Positions 35,501 through 42,596 of a DNA stretch of 64,000 nt are shown here, in pieces. Every line of letters begins with the position of its first letter. Positions within the stretch are counted from its first letter, which is position 1. Both the position numbers and the translations under genes were made by a program. This DNA comes from a virus, in IMG/VR virus record IMGVR_UViG_3300045988_143931, positions 97,064 to 161,063 of that record; one strand, 5' to 3'. Below the pieces are notes generated by a model, which saw only the letters and a program-made list of their open reading frames with translations, was not told the origin of the DNA and made no database searches.

Positions 35501-37133
35501 TTATAATAACACTTCTAAATATACTCCTGAATTTATTGAACGAGTTAATTCAAAAATCTCTGAAATTGGACAACTTGATATTACGAAACCAGAAGATGTT
35601 GCTAGATTAAAAACAATTGACAGTGAAGTTCAGAAAATTGTCGATGATTCAAAGTTATTAGAGAATAAACTTGTTAAACAAGATTCTAAGATTGCTGACA
35701 TTATATCACAGATGAAGATTTTTAGGTCACAAAATACTAATATGTCTTCATCACAAAAACAAGCATTAGATGATGTAATTAATTATGCCGAAAAACTTGC
35801 AAATACTGGTAAGGTAACTGCCCAACAAATAGAAAAGATAAAAATATCATTTTCTGGATTAAAAGCTGTAGTTGCATCAAGTGGTAATATGGGTAAAAAC
35901 TTCTTTAGTCAAATCGGTAATCGTCTTACTGATATGAACAGCAAATTTGTTGCTCAGTTTTTGAGTTGGCAAGATTGGATAAGATATATTCAGCAAGGCG
36001 TAAATACTATTCGTGAACTTGATACAGCGATGACTGAAGTTAAAAAAGTATCGGATGCAACAGAAACACAATATTCATCATTTAGAGACACTATTTCTTC
36101 TACTGCAAAAGAGATTGCAACAACAAATAAAGAATTGCTTAATTCTAGTGCAGATTTCTTAAGATTAGGATATAGTCTTGATCAAGCAAGCGATCTTGCT
36201 AAAAACGCCACATTATTTGTTAATGTCGGTGATGGTGTTGATATTACAGAAGCTACCGAAGACATGATTACAGCTATGAAAGCTTTTGATATCCAAGCTG
36301 AAGATAGCATTAAAATTGTTGATGATTATAACCAGATTGGCAACCAGTTTGCGCTCTCTGCTTCTGATATTGGTGAAGCAATGAAACGTTCTGCATCTGC
36401 TCTTGAAACAGGTAATAATAGTTTTGAACAAAGTATCGGTCTTATTACTGCTATGAATGAAATTGTTCAAAATAGTGAAAACACAGGTAACTCTCTTAAG
36501 GTTTTAAGCCTGCGTTTAAGAGGTGCAAAGGCAGAATTAGAGGATATGCAGGAAGACACAGATGGTCTTTGTGATTCAACCTCTAAGCTTCGTGAACAAA
36601 TTAAATCTTTGACTGGTGTTGATATTATGTTAGATGACAATACATTTAAATCAACAACAGACATTATTAAAGAATTAGGTGCTGTTTGGGATAAATTATC
36701 CGATTCTTCACAAGCTGCAACTCTTGAACTTATAGCTGGAAAATCAAGGGCGAATAATGTAGCGGCGTTACTTAAAAACTATCAAAGAATTGATGAAGTT
36801 ATGGAAAGCCTTGGTGATGCCGAGGGTTCAGCAATGCGTGAAAATGAAGCTATAGTTGATTCAATCGATGGACGAATTAAGAAACTATCTGCTTCTATGG
36901 AAGATTTTTGGCAAAAAGCAATAAATACAGATTTTGTAAAAAATATTGTATCATCACTTGATACCATATTAAATCTATTAACAAAAATCATTGATCAGTT
37001 CGGTTTACTTCCAACTATTATTGGTGTTGGTGGTGCTGGTACAGGTATCTTTAAGTTTATTAAGAATTTTGATTGGGTTTTAAAACCTTACACAAAAAAC
37101 TCTCTCCAACAGTTTTTAGTTGGTCAATCATAG
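32523..37133 (+). CDS. Tail tape-measure protein, N-terminal half (candidate exon 1 would end at 37070)
   Basis: ATG at 32523 after TAAGGAGG. About 1100 aa of coiled coil. Then a TP901-type tape-measure core by eye (ATLFVNVGDGVDITEATEDMITAMKAFD...SASDIGEAMKRSASALETGNNSFEQSIGLITAMNEIVQNSENTGNSLKVLSLRLRG). It ends with one hydrophobic segment (LLPTIIGVGGAGTGIF) and a stop at 37131-37133. Confidence 0.85.
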   Translation: MAKDGIVSIAIDYKNELNQMIRDYESALTKMASNDKLSKGMKAQFDNTIAELKRFKADMEKSFSDLSIGKVDKNSFKAFKQTVNKNFESVRAEIDRLDLAVSTINSQIKILGNGVDISKISSQFKDFQDYVQNTNNAIDTMIKKLDGQGISLISFDDSAINQAKSQIKEINKLLKSTDEFSDAKGSKYELFDTEQAQAELDVLAKDLKNTLELIEKSESELSNFDKNSIGFEKTINQINILKLKAADLHDSIQQLIDIPDKTGEYTFGDSILISDDNVDKKVSEYEKIVKGTLDEIRESAIKTREELDKIVTPTSSKTASAKISDKLNPNSAELVTGVTIETTSSELWKKLSPIIEDLQNILNKNPVVAPVKLVVAPNAVSSEKNGEVGTISKSYSKKYQRELAKTGEDAVIDLEGVYKKTFTSIMDEAVSYSKETISKIQNIFESSPIKLHFDFNEEEFKKISDALLSSDSDKKIDITDQIAESKKEVNELAEKLAEVNELLNSADSKDFSFKGFDKFAEEISKSLGQLVELQSMLKTLQNIESTLARASGVSSVTDIETQWQNVSKLIENSIKLDGTFRKNANVDKLASEYNKYLNMGGTNELSFIGKVGKLENSKNIMEAIFSKAKELNSQKVDTSSVDKADDELKSVSSTLDDVISRLDHMINLTRDIGNTFYKMFKDTSVSDIDKQWSSIESKFKSIADESGKINLSKQKKDIQELVEMYQKYANTGGMKTPFDLTDNAETIKKINKVYEQMNSKKNRTSVTNESKNFIKVEDSVNSLTSAINTKTEAIKTEANTMELAARAEVKSIQKIIDALNPLIERIESIPELKIPKEDTILPHKESNISSGKKDAFPSNEEVKQKEKLAEATRKLRQEEKQSSQDSVNSALKDQVSAWKQIQSIREKIAKVDNPDVINQLQETKRYYQQQYLDATKILKSNQDLYDAQGQLNRLKQIELETTAKISQYQSKNTESVSKYNQSLKDNATQKLSNYNNTSKYTPEFIERVNSKISEIGQLDITKPEDVARLKTIDSEVQKIVDDSKLLENKLVKQDSKIADIISQMKIFRSQNTNMSSSQKQALDDVINYAEKLANTGKVTAQQIEKIKISFSGLKAVVASSGNMGKNFFSQIGNRLTDMNSKFVAQFLSWQDWIRYIQQGVNTIRELDTAMTEVKKVSDATETQYSSFRDTISSTAKEIATTNKELLNSSADFLRLGYSLDQASDLAKNATLFVNVGDGVDITEATEDMITAMKAFDIQAEDSIKIVDDYNQIGNQFALSASDIGEAMKRSASALETGNNSFEQSIGLITAMNEIVQNSENTGNSLKVLSLRLRGAKAELEDMQEDTDGLCDSTSKLREQIKSLTGVDIMLDDNTFKSTTDIIKELGAVWDKLSDSSQAATLELIAGKSRANNVAALLKNYQRIDEVMESLGDAEGSAMRENEAIVDSIDGRIKKLSASMEDFWQKAINTDFVKNIVSSLDTILNLLTKIIDQFGLLPTIIGVGGAGTGIFKFIKNFDWVLKPYTKNSLQQFLVGQS
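37102..37122. repeat. Left copy of the 21-nt inverted repeat flanking the insert
   Basis: ctctccaacagtttttagttg is the reverse complement of 42594-42614. The core is 12 perfect positions. Both mismatches in the 9-nt extension are G-U compatible on the plus-strand RNA. Confidence 0.9.
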
Positions 37134-37700
37134 ATAAGAGAATAACATAATGGCGTTGTAATCAAGTCTATGGATACATGGGATTCTTAATAAAAAACTC
37201 TGCAAACACTTTAGCGGAGTATAAACTTTACATGGAGGAATAAATGCTTGAATGCTTGGTAGCTTAACAAACTACCCACGGATCACATAACAAACCATAA
37301 TCCATATAGTTATATTGGATGAGGTTGCGAAAGTAGAAAAAATTGTATATGTGGATATATGAGAATATCAAGGAGACTTGATAGGTGTCTAAGTATCATT
37401 AACAACGGGCAACGAGCAGGACGGTACTCTACATTTTATAATGTTGACCATATATAGAAATGAAAGGTCATATATAGAGAATAACTATATAAGAGAGCAA
37501 TCCCCAACGACATACCCATCCTCTAAGTGAGTCATCGCCTTAAGTATGACATTCGCTTATAATGCATAGTGTACATTGCGATTTCGGAATTCAGTAATGT
37601 ACTTGAGTGTGTGTTTCACTCAACTAGGAAATTCCAAAAATAACTTATAAATAAAATAAATTTTACGGAGGTTTTATTATAGTAAAATATGAAGAAAGAA
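37134..37700 (+). ncRNA. ORF-free structured RNA domain at the 5' end of the insert (possible ribozyme core, class unassigned)
   Basis: No credible ORF on either strand, and richer in G/C than its flanks. Hairpins: 37197-37203/37214-37220; 37366-37372/37377-37383 with a GAGA loop; a GAAA loop at 37329-37332; 37471-37477/37485-37491; 37531-37535/37546-37550; 37603-37609/37617-37623. The helices 37571-37577/37596-37602 and 37586-37591/37630-37635 are compatible with a pseudoknot. Confidence 0.4.
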
Positions 37701-37789
37701 ATTGGTAATTTAATATAAAAAAATAATAAAATAGAGAGTAGGAAAATCTACTCTCTTATGTAAAAATGATAATAATATTCCCACCAGAT

Positions 37790-37876
37790 TCAATAATTAA
37801 AAACATAATTTAATGACAATAAACAACGCTATAAGCGCAATAACAAAAGACGTGCTCATTCTAATATGGCAATTCA
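37790..37876 (-). CDS. Small hydrophobic peptide (28 aa), toxin-like
   Basis: Below the track cut-off. AAGGAGG (37892..37886), 9-nt spacer, ATG at 37876. Translation MNCHIRMSTSFVIALIALFIVIKLCFNY. A minus-strand terminator lies at about 37727-37752. Confidence 0.4.
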
Positions 37877-38231
37877 TAATGTCGTTCCTCCTTTTATTAG
37901 TTTCTTCTGCTTTGTATACAACAGAAACACTGAAGGGGTTTATTGCCCAAGCAATACCTGCTCGGCGACCGACTATATTTTTAATTATATATTATCTGGC
38001 TCCCTTACGCTTACCTTTTGGATAAGTATGCCTCCCAGATATTTTTATTATATCATTATATCATATTTTTACAATTCAGAACATAGGTTTTGAGGAAAAT
38101 GTATAGTATTAAAGAGTCTTTTTATGCATATTGACATGATCATAAGATTAGTGATTAATAATAAAATAGGACTGTCGTGAAACAGCCCCTACTATTGAAG
38201 TAAAGGAGAATAAATATATAAATGAAGAACA

Positions 38232-38417
38232 TTAATGATGAAGATTGATATTGATATCCTTAGAAGTCATTTCTGCTAAACTTCCAGTTTTGGAATCACT
38301 GTAGTCTTTGCAGATTTTAGCGATGTAACATTTGCCAACGATTGAAGCTATGTGGCATATTACATAACATATTCCAAGAATTACTGAACCGATTATCTCG
38401 GCATATAATATATTCAA
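38232..38417 (-). CDS. Small membrane protein (61 aa)
   Basis: TTG start 10 nt after GGGAGGTG. The hydrophobic N-terminal half is ILYAEIIGSVILGICYVICHIASIVG. Confidence 0.5.
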   Translation of the reverse strand: MNILYAEIIGSVILGICYVICHIASIVGKCYIAKICKDYSDSKTGSLAEMTSKDININLHH

Positions 38418-38628
38418 TATGTATTTTCACCTCCCTTCTTAGTAAGAATATAAATAAGTAGGGAATATTCTTTTAGCCCAGAATGGGCAGATATTTATTC
38501 CGACTGCCATAAAAATAGACATTGGGACAACCTTCGGTTATAGAGTGTTATGGCACACATCTATGTTGTTTCTCCAATGTCTATATTTTACCATTGTATT
38601 TAATTCAATACAATCCAGAACAATAGTT

Positions 38629-38805
38629 CTAATTTTGTAATTGTGAGTTAATATACTCTTCTCTTTCGGATTCCGTCATTGAGAAGAATTTTTCAAATTC
38701 TATATCAAGATTTTTGCATTCAATGTTGCATGTTCTGCATATACATTTAATATAATGCGTGTATGTGATTCTATGACAATTAGGACAGTAATGAATTTTT
38801 AACAT
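38629..38805 (-). CDS. Zn-ribbon protein (58 aa)
   Basis: ATG at 38805 after AGAGG (the tracked ORF extends to 38880). CPNC...CRTC Cys pairs. Confidence 0.5.
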   Translation of the reverse strand: MLKIHYCPNCHRITYTHYIKCICRTCNIECKNLDIEFEKFFSMTESEREEYINSQLQN

Positions 38806-38901
38806 ATGTAACCTCTGTTTCTCATTGATATAATTGCAAAAATATTTTATATGTGATATGTTATATGAAAATATTAACATATATGGGAGGTATAATAAAG
38901 T

Positions 38902-39876
38902 ATGGATTATACATCTAAAACTCGCTCTTTACAATCACTTGTAAAGGATATGAATAAGGGGACAATTAATCTTTCTCATAAATTACAGCGACCAGAGGGA
39001 CAATGGAATCGTAAGCAAAAATCAGATTTGATTGATTCACTACTTCGCCATTATCCAATTAATCCAACATATGCAATTGTAGAAGAAGACGGAACTCTAT
39101 CGGTTATTGACGGTGTTCAGCGTTTATCTACTATAAGAGATTATATTGAGAATATATTTGCTTTATCAAAGGATATGAATGGTATTATTATTAACGGTGA
39201 AGAAAAGAATTTATCAGGTTTAAAATTTGACAAACTTGATGAAGATGTTAAATCTGAAATTCTTAATGCTGAATTGCAGATTTATAGAATGACCGATTGT
39301 ACAGAAACAGATATCCGTGAACTTTTCCGAAGACAGAATGCAGGGAAACCTCTGTCAAATAAGCTTTTGCGTGTGGTGCATGAATCAGATGAATTTAGTG
39401 AAGTGGTCTACTCTCTCGCCAATCATCCATTCATGGATAAACTTATGTCACCTACACAAAGAAAGAATGGTACAGATAGAGATATAATTATCCAGGCAAT
39501 GATGCTTATTTCTTCTAATCAGGAACAGGAATTTACATCTTTTAGAACAAAAGATATTGATACTTATGTAACTGATTATGCGGATCAGTATCTTGGTAGA
39601 GCTGATACATTAAAAGAGGCTATGGATAGATTCGATGAATCATTTGATGAAATTAAAATTCCTGTTACCTCTATCCCACAAATATTATATTCAGGTTATC
39701 GTATTATTAAAGATAAGAAGTCGTTTACAAAACTTGTTGATAAGGTTGCCGACTTCTGTATTAATTATGATTCTAATAGTGAGTATAAGCAATTTGTTCA
39801 GAATGGAACAGGCTCTAAAGAAAATGTTCGAGGAAGATTTGAATATTGGCGAGCAATTGTTAAGACATTACAGTAA
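38902..39876 (+). CDS. DUF262 (ParB/GmrSD N-terminal-like) domain protein
   Basis: 324 aa with SD GGGAGG. Motifs in order: HKLQRPEGQWN, VIDGVQRLSTI (the DGQQR-type motif), FRRQNAGKPLS. No DUF1524/HNH-type C-terminal nuclease domain was seen. Confidence 0.7.
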   Translation: MDYTSKTRSLQSLVKDMNKGTINLSHKLQRPEGQWNRKQKSDLIDSLLRHYPINPTYAIVEEDGTLSVIDGVQRLSTIRDYIENIFALSKDMNGIIINGEEKNLSGLKFDKLDEDVKSEILNAELQIYRMTDCTETDIRELFRRQNAGKPLSNKLLRVVHESDEFSEVVYSLANHPFMDKLMSPTQRKNGTDRDIIIQAMMLISSNQEQEFTSFRTKDIDTYVTDYADQYLGRADTLKEAMDRFDESFDEIKIPVTSIPQILYSGYRIIKDKKSFTKLVDKVADFCINYDSNSEYKQFVQNGTGSKENVRGRFEYWRAIVKTLQ

Positions 39877-39884
39877 TGTTTCAG

Positions 39885-39915
39885 AGAGTAGTCATTAATT
39901 GGCTACTCTTTTATT
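39885..39915 (+). terminator. Rho-independent terminator
   Basis: 9-bp stem agagtagtc/ggctactct followed by TTTATT. Confidence 0.8.
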
Positions 39916-40015
39916 AAAATAAACAAATGTTCTGATGGAAATATTTGTAAATATATTTTATAATCATAATAGAAATAAACTTAAGAAGTTTATTATTATG
40001 TTATTGGAGAAAAAT

Positions 40016-40327
40016 ATGAGGAACAAATTTTTCATTGACAAAAAATTAGTGAAGAAAATTGAAAAAGACTTAAAGAAGCGATGTTCTATCGAAGAAGATT
40101 TAAATAAAGATTTAGAACTTTTTAATGAAGAAATAGATGATAAAACTGTTCTTTCTATATTTAAATATATTGAAGATTATGGGAATAAGAAGCAAAAAGG
40201 TTATTTAGTAGAAATACAAAGTAGATATGAGAATTCTACATTACTCATTGATGATACTTTAAAACTTGCTGATTGGTATGATAAAATGTGTAATTTCTAT
40301 AATAATATCGATGGAATGGATTTATAA
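40016..40327 (+). CDS. Hypothetical protein
   Basis: ATG at 40016 after TTGGAGAAAAAT (tracked from 39935). 103 aa. No motif recognised. Confidence 0.45.
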   Translation: MRNKFFIDKKLVKKIEKDLKKRCSIEEDLNKDLELFNEEIDDKTVLSIFKYIEDYGNKKQKGYLVEIQSRYENSTLLIDDTLKLADWYDKMCNFYNNIDGMDL

Positions 40328-40332
40328 GAAAA

Positions 40333-40548
40333 ATGAATAAATATATAGTGTTAAGTAAAAAGAAAAATCTTAGTCAATTATATTGTATTATTAAAGATTT
40401 AAAGTTGAAGAATACATTGAAAAATAAAAGAACTTCGATATGGGAAAATAATGATTTGGAAATTAGTATTGACAAATACATAATTAGAATAACAATTTAT
40501 TCAAATGAAGATGTTCAATATTATACTAATTATATTTTACAAAGGTGA
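40333..40548 (+). CDS. Hypothetical protein
   Basis: 71-aa ORF with a weak SD. Confidence 0.35.
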   Translation: MNKYIVLSKKKNLSQLYCIIKDLKLKNTLKNKRTSIWENNDLEISIDKYIIRITIYSNEDVQYYTNYILQR

Positions 40549-40552
40549 TAAT

Positions 40553-41029
40553 ATGGAAAAAAAAGAAAGATTAAAGATGATTAATTTTTTAAGCGACATT
40601 TTAAGTAAATCAAATATATCAGATTTTAAACATATTGAGTTAGAAAATGATAAAGATGTTAATTTTTTAATTAGTCCAAAAATTAAATACAAAAACAAAG
40701 AGGAAAATATACAACTACAATTAATGATTTATTGTTCTGACAATGAAAGCTTAAGTATATATTGTCCGTTATTGTATAAATTGTTAGATAAAGATAGCTT
40801 GGTATACACTCTATCATCAATTAATGAAGTTAATAGCAAAGTTGCTATTGGTAAAATTTATATGAATAAAGATAATAATTCTGTGATAAGTTATATTTAT
40901 AGAGCTTTATTTAATAATATTTATGAAGAATTAACACCTCAATTAATTAATGACTATATAGATGCATTTCTATTAACTTCTATTGAGTTTTATTCGAAAA
41001 TGAAAGAGGTTGTTGATGAAGACAAATAA
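40553..41029 (+). CDS. Hypothetical protein (possibly a YbjN-like fold, weak)
   Basis: ATG at 40553 after AAAGGTG (tracked from 40505). 158 aa. Confidence 0.4.
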   Translation: MEKKERLKMINFLSDILSKSNISDFKHIELENDKDVNFLISPKIKYKNKEENIQLQLMIYCSDNESLSIYCPLLYKLLDKDSLVYTLSSINEVNSKVAIGKIYMNKDNNSVISYIYRALFNNIYEELTPQLINDYIDAFLLTSIEFYSKMKEVVDEDK

Positions 41030-41432
41030 TAATGGTCATTTTATTTTATTGTTAGGAGTTTTTATTTTTGCGGCTTTTATTCGCACAATATTGAATTCTA
41101 GTAAAAATATAGTTAGTATAATTGCAAGTATTAACATTGTATCGTTATGGTTTGTGATATATTTAATTCTTGAAAATGCTCAAAACAAGTTTTATATTAG
41201 GCTTAAAAATAATACTGTTTTAGGAAGGCAAACAAAAATAAAAAAGAATAATTATTTCAAAAAAGTTATAAAATGGATAGAAATTGTTATATTTATTTTA
41301 GGCATTTCTTATGTAATATTTTTTGCGAATAGTATTATAAACGATATTATTGGATCTTTCTCATTATTTTTATCTATTGAAGAAGAATATATTTATAATT
41401 TAGTTCAAGATATTTTTTATAAAAAGAAATAA
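41016..41432 (+). CDS. Multi-pass membrane protein
   Basis: ATG at 41016 after AAGAGG. Three or four hydrophobic segments. Confidence 0.5.
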   Translation: MKTNNNGHFILLLGVFIFAAFIRTILNSSKNIVSIIASINIVSLWFVIYLILENAQNKFYIRLKNNTVLGRQTKIKKNNYFKKVIKWIEIVIFILGISYVIFFANSIINDIIGSFSLFLSIEEEYIYNLVQDIFYKKK

Positions 41433-41433
41433 T

Positions 41434-41465
41434 AAAAAGAGCAGGACTAATCTCCTGCTCTTTTA
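41434..41465. terminator. Bidirectional terminator between convergent cargo genes
   Basis: 9-bp stem agagcagga/tcctgctct, with an A-tract on one side and a T-tract on the other. Confidence 0.8.
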
Positions 41466-41491
41466 TATTACTCTTCTTTTCTTCTATCCTA

Positions 41492-41611
41492 TCAGTCTTT
41501 ATCTTCAGATCCGCTACATTCGTCACTGTGTTCACAGAATTCACAATAACATTCATCTGTATAATCACCTGTTTGCCAACATAGTTCTGTTGGAGACATA
41601 TCATTGTTCAT
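41492..41611 (-). CDS. Small acidic Cys-rich peptide (39 aa)
   Basis: Below the track cut-off. GAGGAG, 10-nt spacer, ATG at 41611. Translation MNNDMSPTELCWQTGDYTDECYCEFCEHSDECSGSEDKD. Confidence 0.4.
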   Translation of the reverse strand: MNNDMSPTELCWQTGDYTDECYCEFCEHSDECSGSEDKD

Positions 41612-41693
41612 AAACTCACCACTCCTCTGCTTAAAAATATCTTAATTATACACTTGTTATTTTATCAAATTATTATATGTGAGGTGAATCAAT

Positions 41694-41822
41694 ATGAAAT
41701 TATCTATAAAGATTAAAATAAATGAAATACGAGAACTGAAACCAATTGTTGAGTATATAAAGAACTTGGAGAATAATTCTCCCGAACTCAATACAGAGAT
41801 AGAAATTGAGCTGGGAGAATAA
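41694..41822 (+). CDS. Small hypothetical protein (42 aa)
   Basis: GAGGTG SD, then ATG at 41694. Translation MKLSIKIKINEIRELKPIVEYIKNLENNSPELNTEIEIELGE. Confidence 0.35.
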   Translation: MKLSIKIKINEIRELKPIVEYIKNLENNSPELNTEIEIELGE

Positions 41823-41825
41823 TTA

Positions 41826-42053
41826 TTAGTTTTCTTTTATAACTTCAATAATTGAAATTTCTGACTTAGAGATGGTAAATGCATTAGTGTCAGAATATAA
41901 ATGTAAATCATATCCAACTGAATAATGATGATTAAATATTTCTTCATTTTCAAGATTGTATTCTAATACGCCTTTATGACCATAATAGACCTTATTGATA
42001 TGGTTGTATTCTTGCACTTTACCATCTTTGTTTTTAATTTTAAATGTATACAT
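41826..42053 (-). CDS. Hypothetical protein
   Basis: 75 aa with SD GAGGAGG. Confidence 0.5.
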   Translation of the reverse strand: MYTFKIKNKDGKVQEYNHINKVYYGHKGVLEYNLENEEIFNHHYSVGYDLHLYSDTNAFTISKSEISIIEVIKEN

Positions 42054-42131
42054 AGTATCCTCCTCTGTAATTTGATATTACTATCATACTACATTAAGGA
42101 ATATTTTACCATTCGGAACATTAGTTCTTAC

Positions 42132-42542
42132 TTAAAAATCACTCTTACAATTATTACAGTGCCATTGTTTTTTTACCTTTTGTGAGAATATACCGAACAT
42201 CGCTACTGATGTTGCTTTTGATACTCCTGATATTTTCTTACAATTTGTTGAATTACAATATGGACAATGAACTTTATTTAACCAATCTTGTGCTTGGGCG
42301 TTAGCTTGGGCGATTTGCTGTGGGGTAAGGTCGGGAATCGCAGGATTGTTTTCTTTAGTTCCATATTGTTTACTTAATTCACACCATAGTTGTTGAGCAT
42401 CGTCATCTGAACAATTTGTTAATTCTTGAATAAACTTTATTCCTTTTAATGTTTGATTTTGAGCAATTATCACCAACATTTTTGTTGCTTCCGTGCTTTC
42501 AATTTGATTATCAAAATAATATTTTGCTTCTTCGTAATTCAT
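42132..42542 (-). CDS. Hypothetical protein with a C-terminal Zn ribbon
   Basis: ATG at 42542 after AAGGGGGG (tracked to 42596). CPYC...CNNC. Confidence 0.55.
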   Translation of the reverse strand: MNYEEAKYYFDNQIESTEATKMLVIIAQNQTLKGIKFIQELTNCSDDDAQQLWCELSKQYGTKENNPAIPDLTPQQIAQANAQAQDWLNKVHCPYCNSTNCKKISGVSKATSVAMFGIFSQKVKKQWHCNNCKSDF

Positions 42543-42567
42543 AATAACCCCCCTTTTTTTTGTTTTT

Positions 42568-42596
42568 ATTATATCAGACAACTCATAAATACGCAA
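42568..42596 (-). promoter_or_regulatory. Promoter of gene 42132..42542, abutting the right inverted repeat
   Basis: On the minus strand: TTGCGT (42596..42591), 17-bp spacer, extended -10 TGaTATAAT (42576..42568). Confidence 0.5.

Noticed and set aside
37369-37428. Homology between the large RNA (3575-4395) and the insert's structured domain, based on the shared short words CAAGGAGA, AGCAGGA, CGGTACTC and TAGGTGTC
   Set aside because: The words are short and do not all occur in the same order in the two regions. No extended alignment could be made by eye.
37813-38093. Plus-strand ORFs 37813..38025 and 37866..38093 in the insert
   Set aside because: They have no SD and overlap each other. 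They also overlap a minus-strand mini-gene that has a perfect SD. The region lies between minus-strand signals (SD and terminator).
37125-42590. Direct repeats CAATCATAGATA (37125) and CAACTCATAAATA (42578) as excision sites of an intervening DNA element
   Set aside because: The match is imperfect and gapped. Recombination there would still leave an in-frame stop (TAA), so it would not restore the TMP frame.
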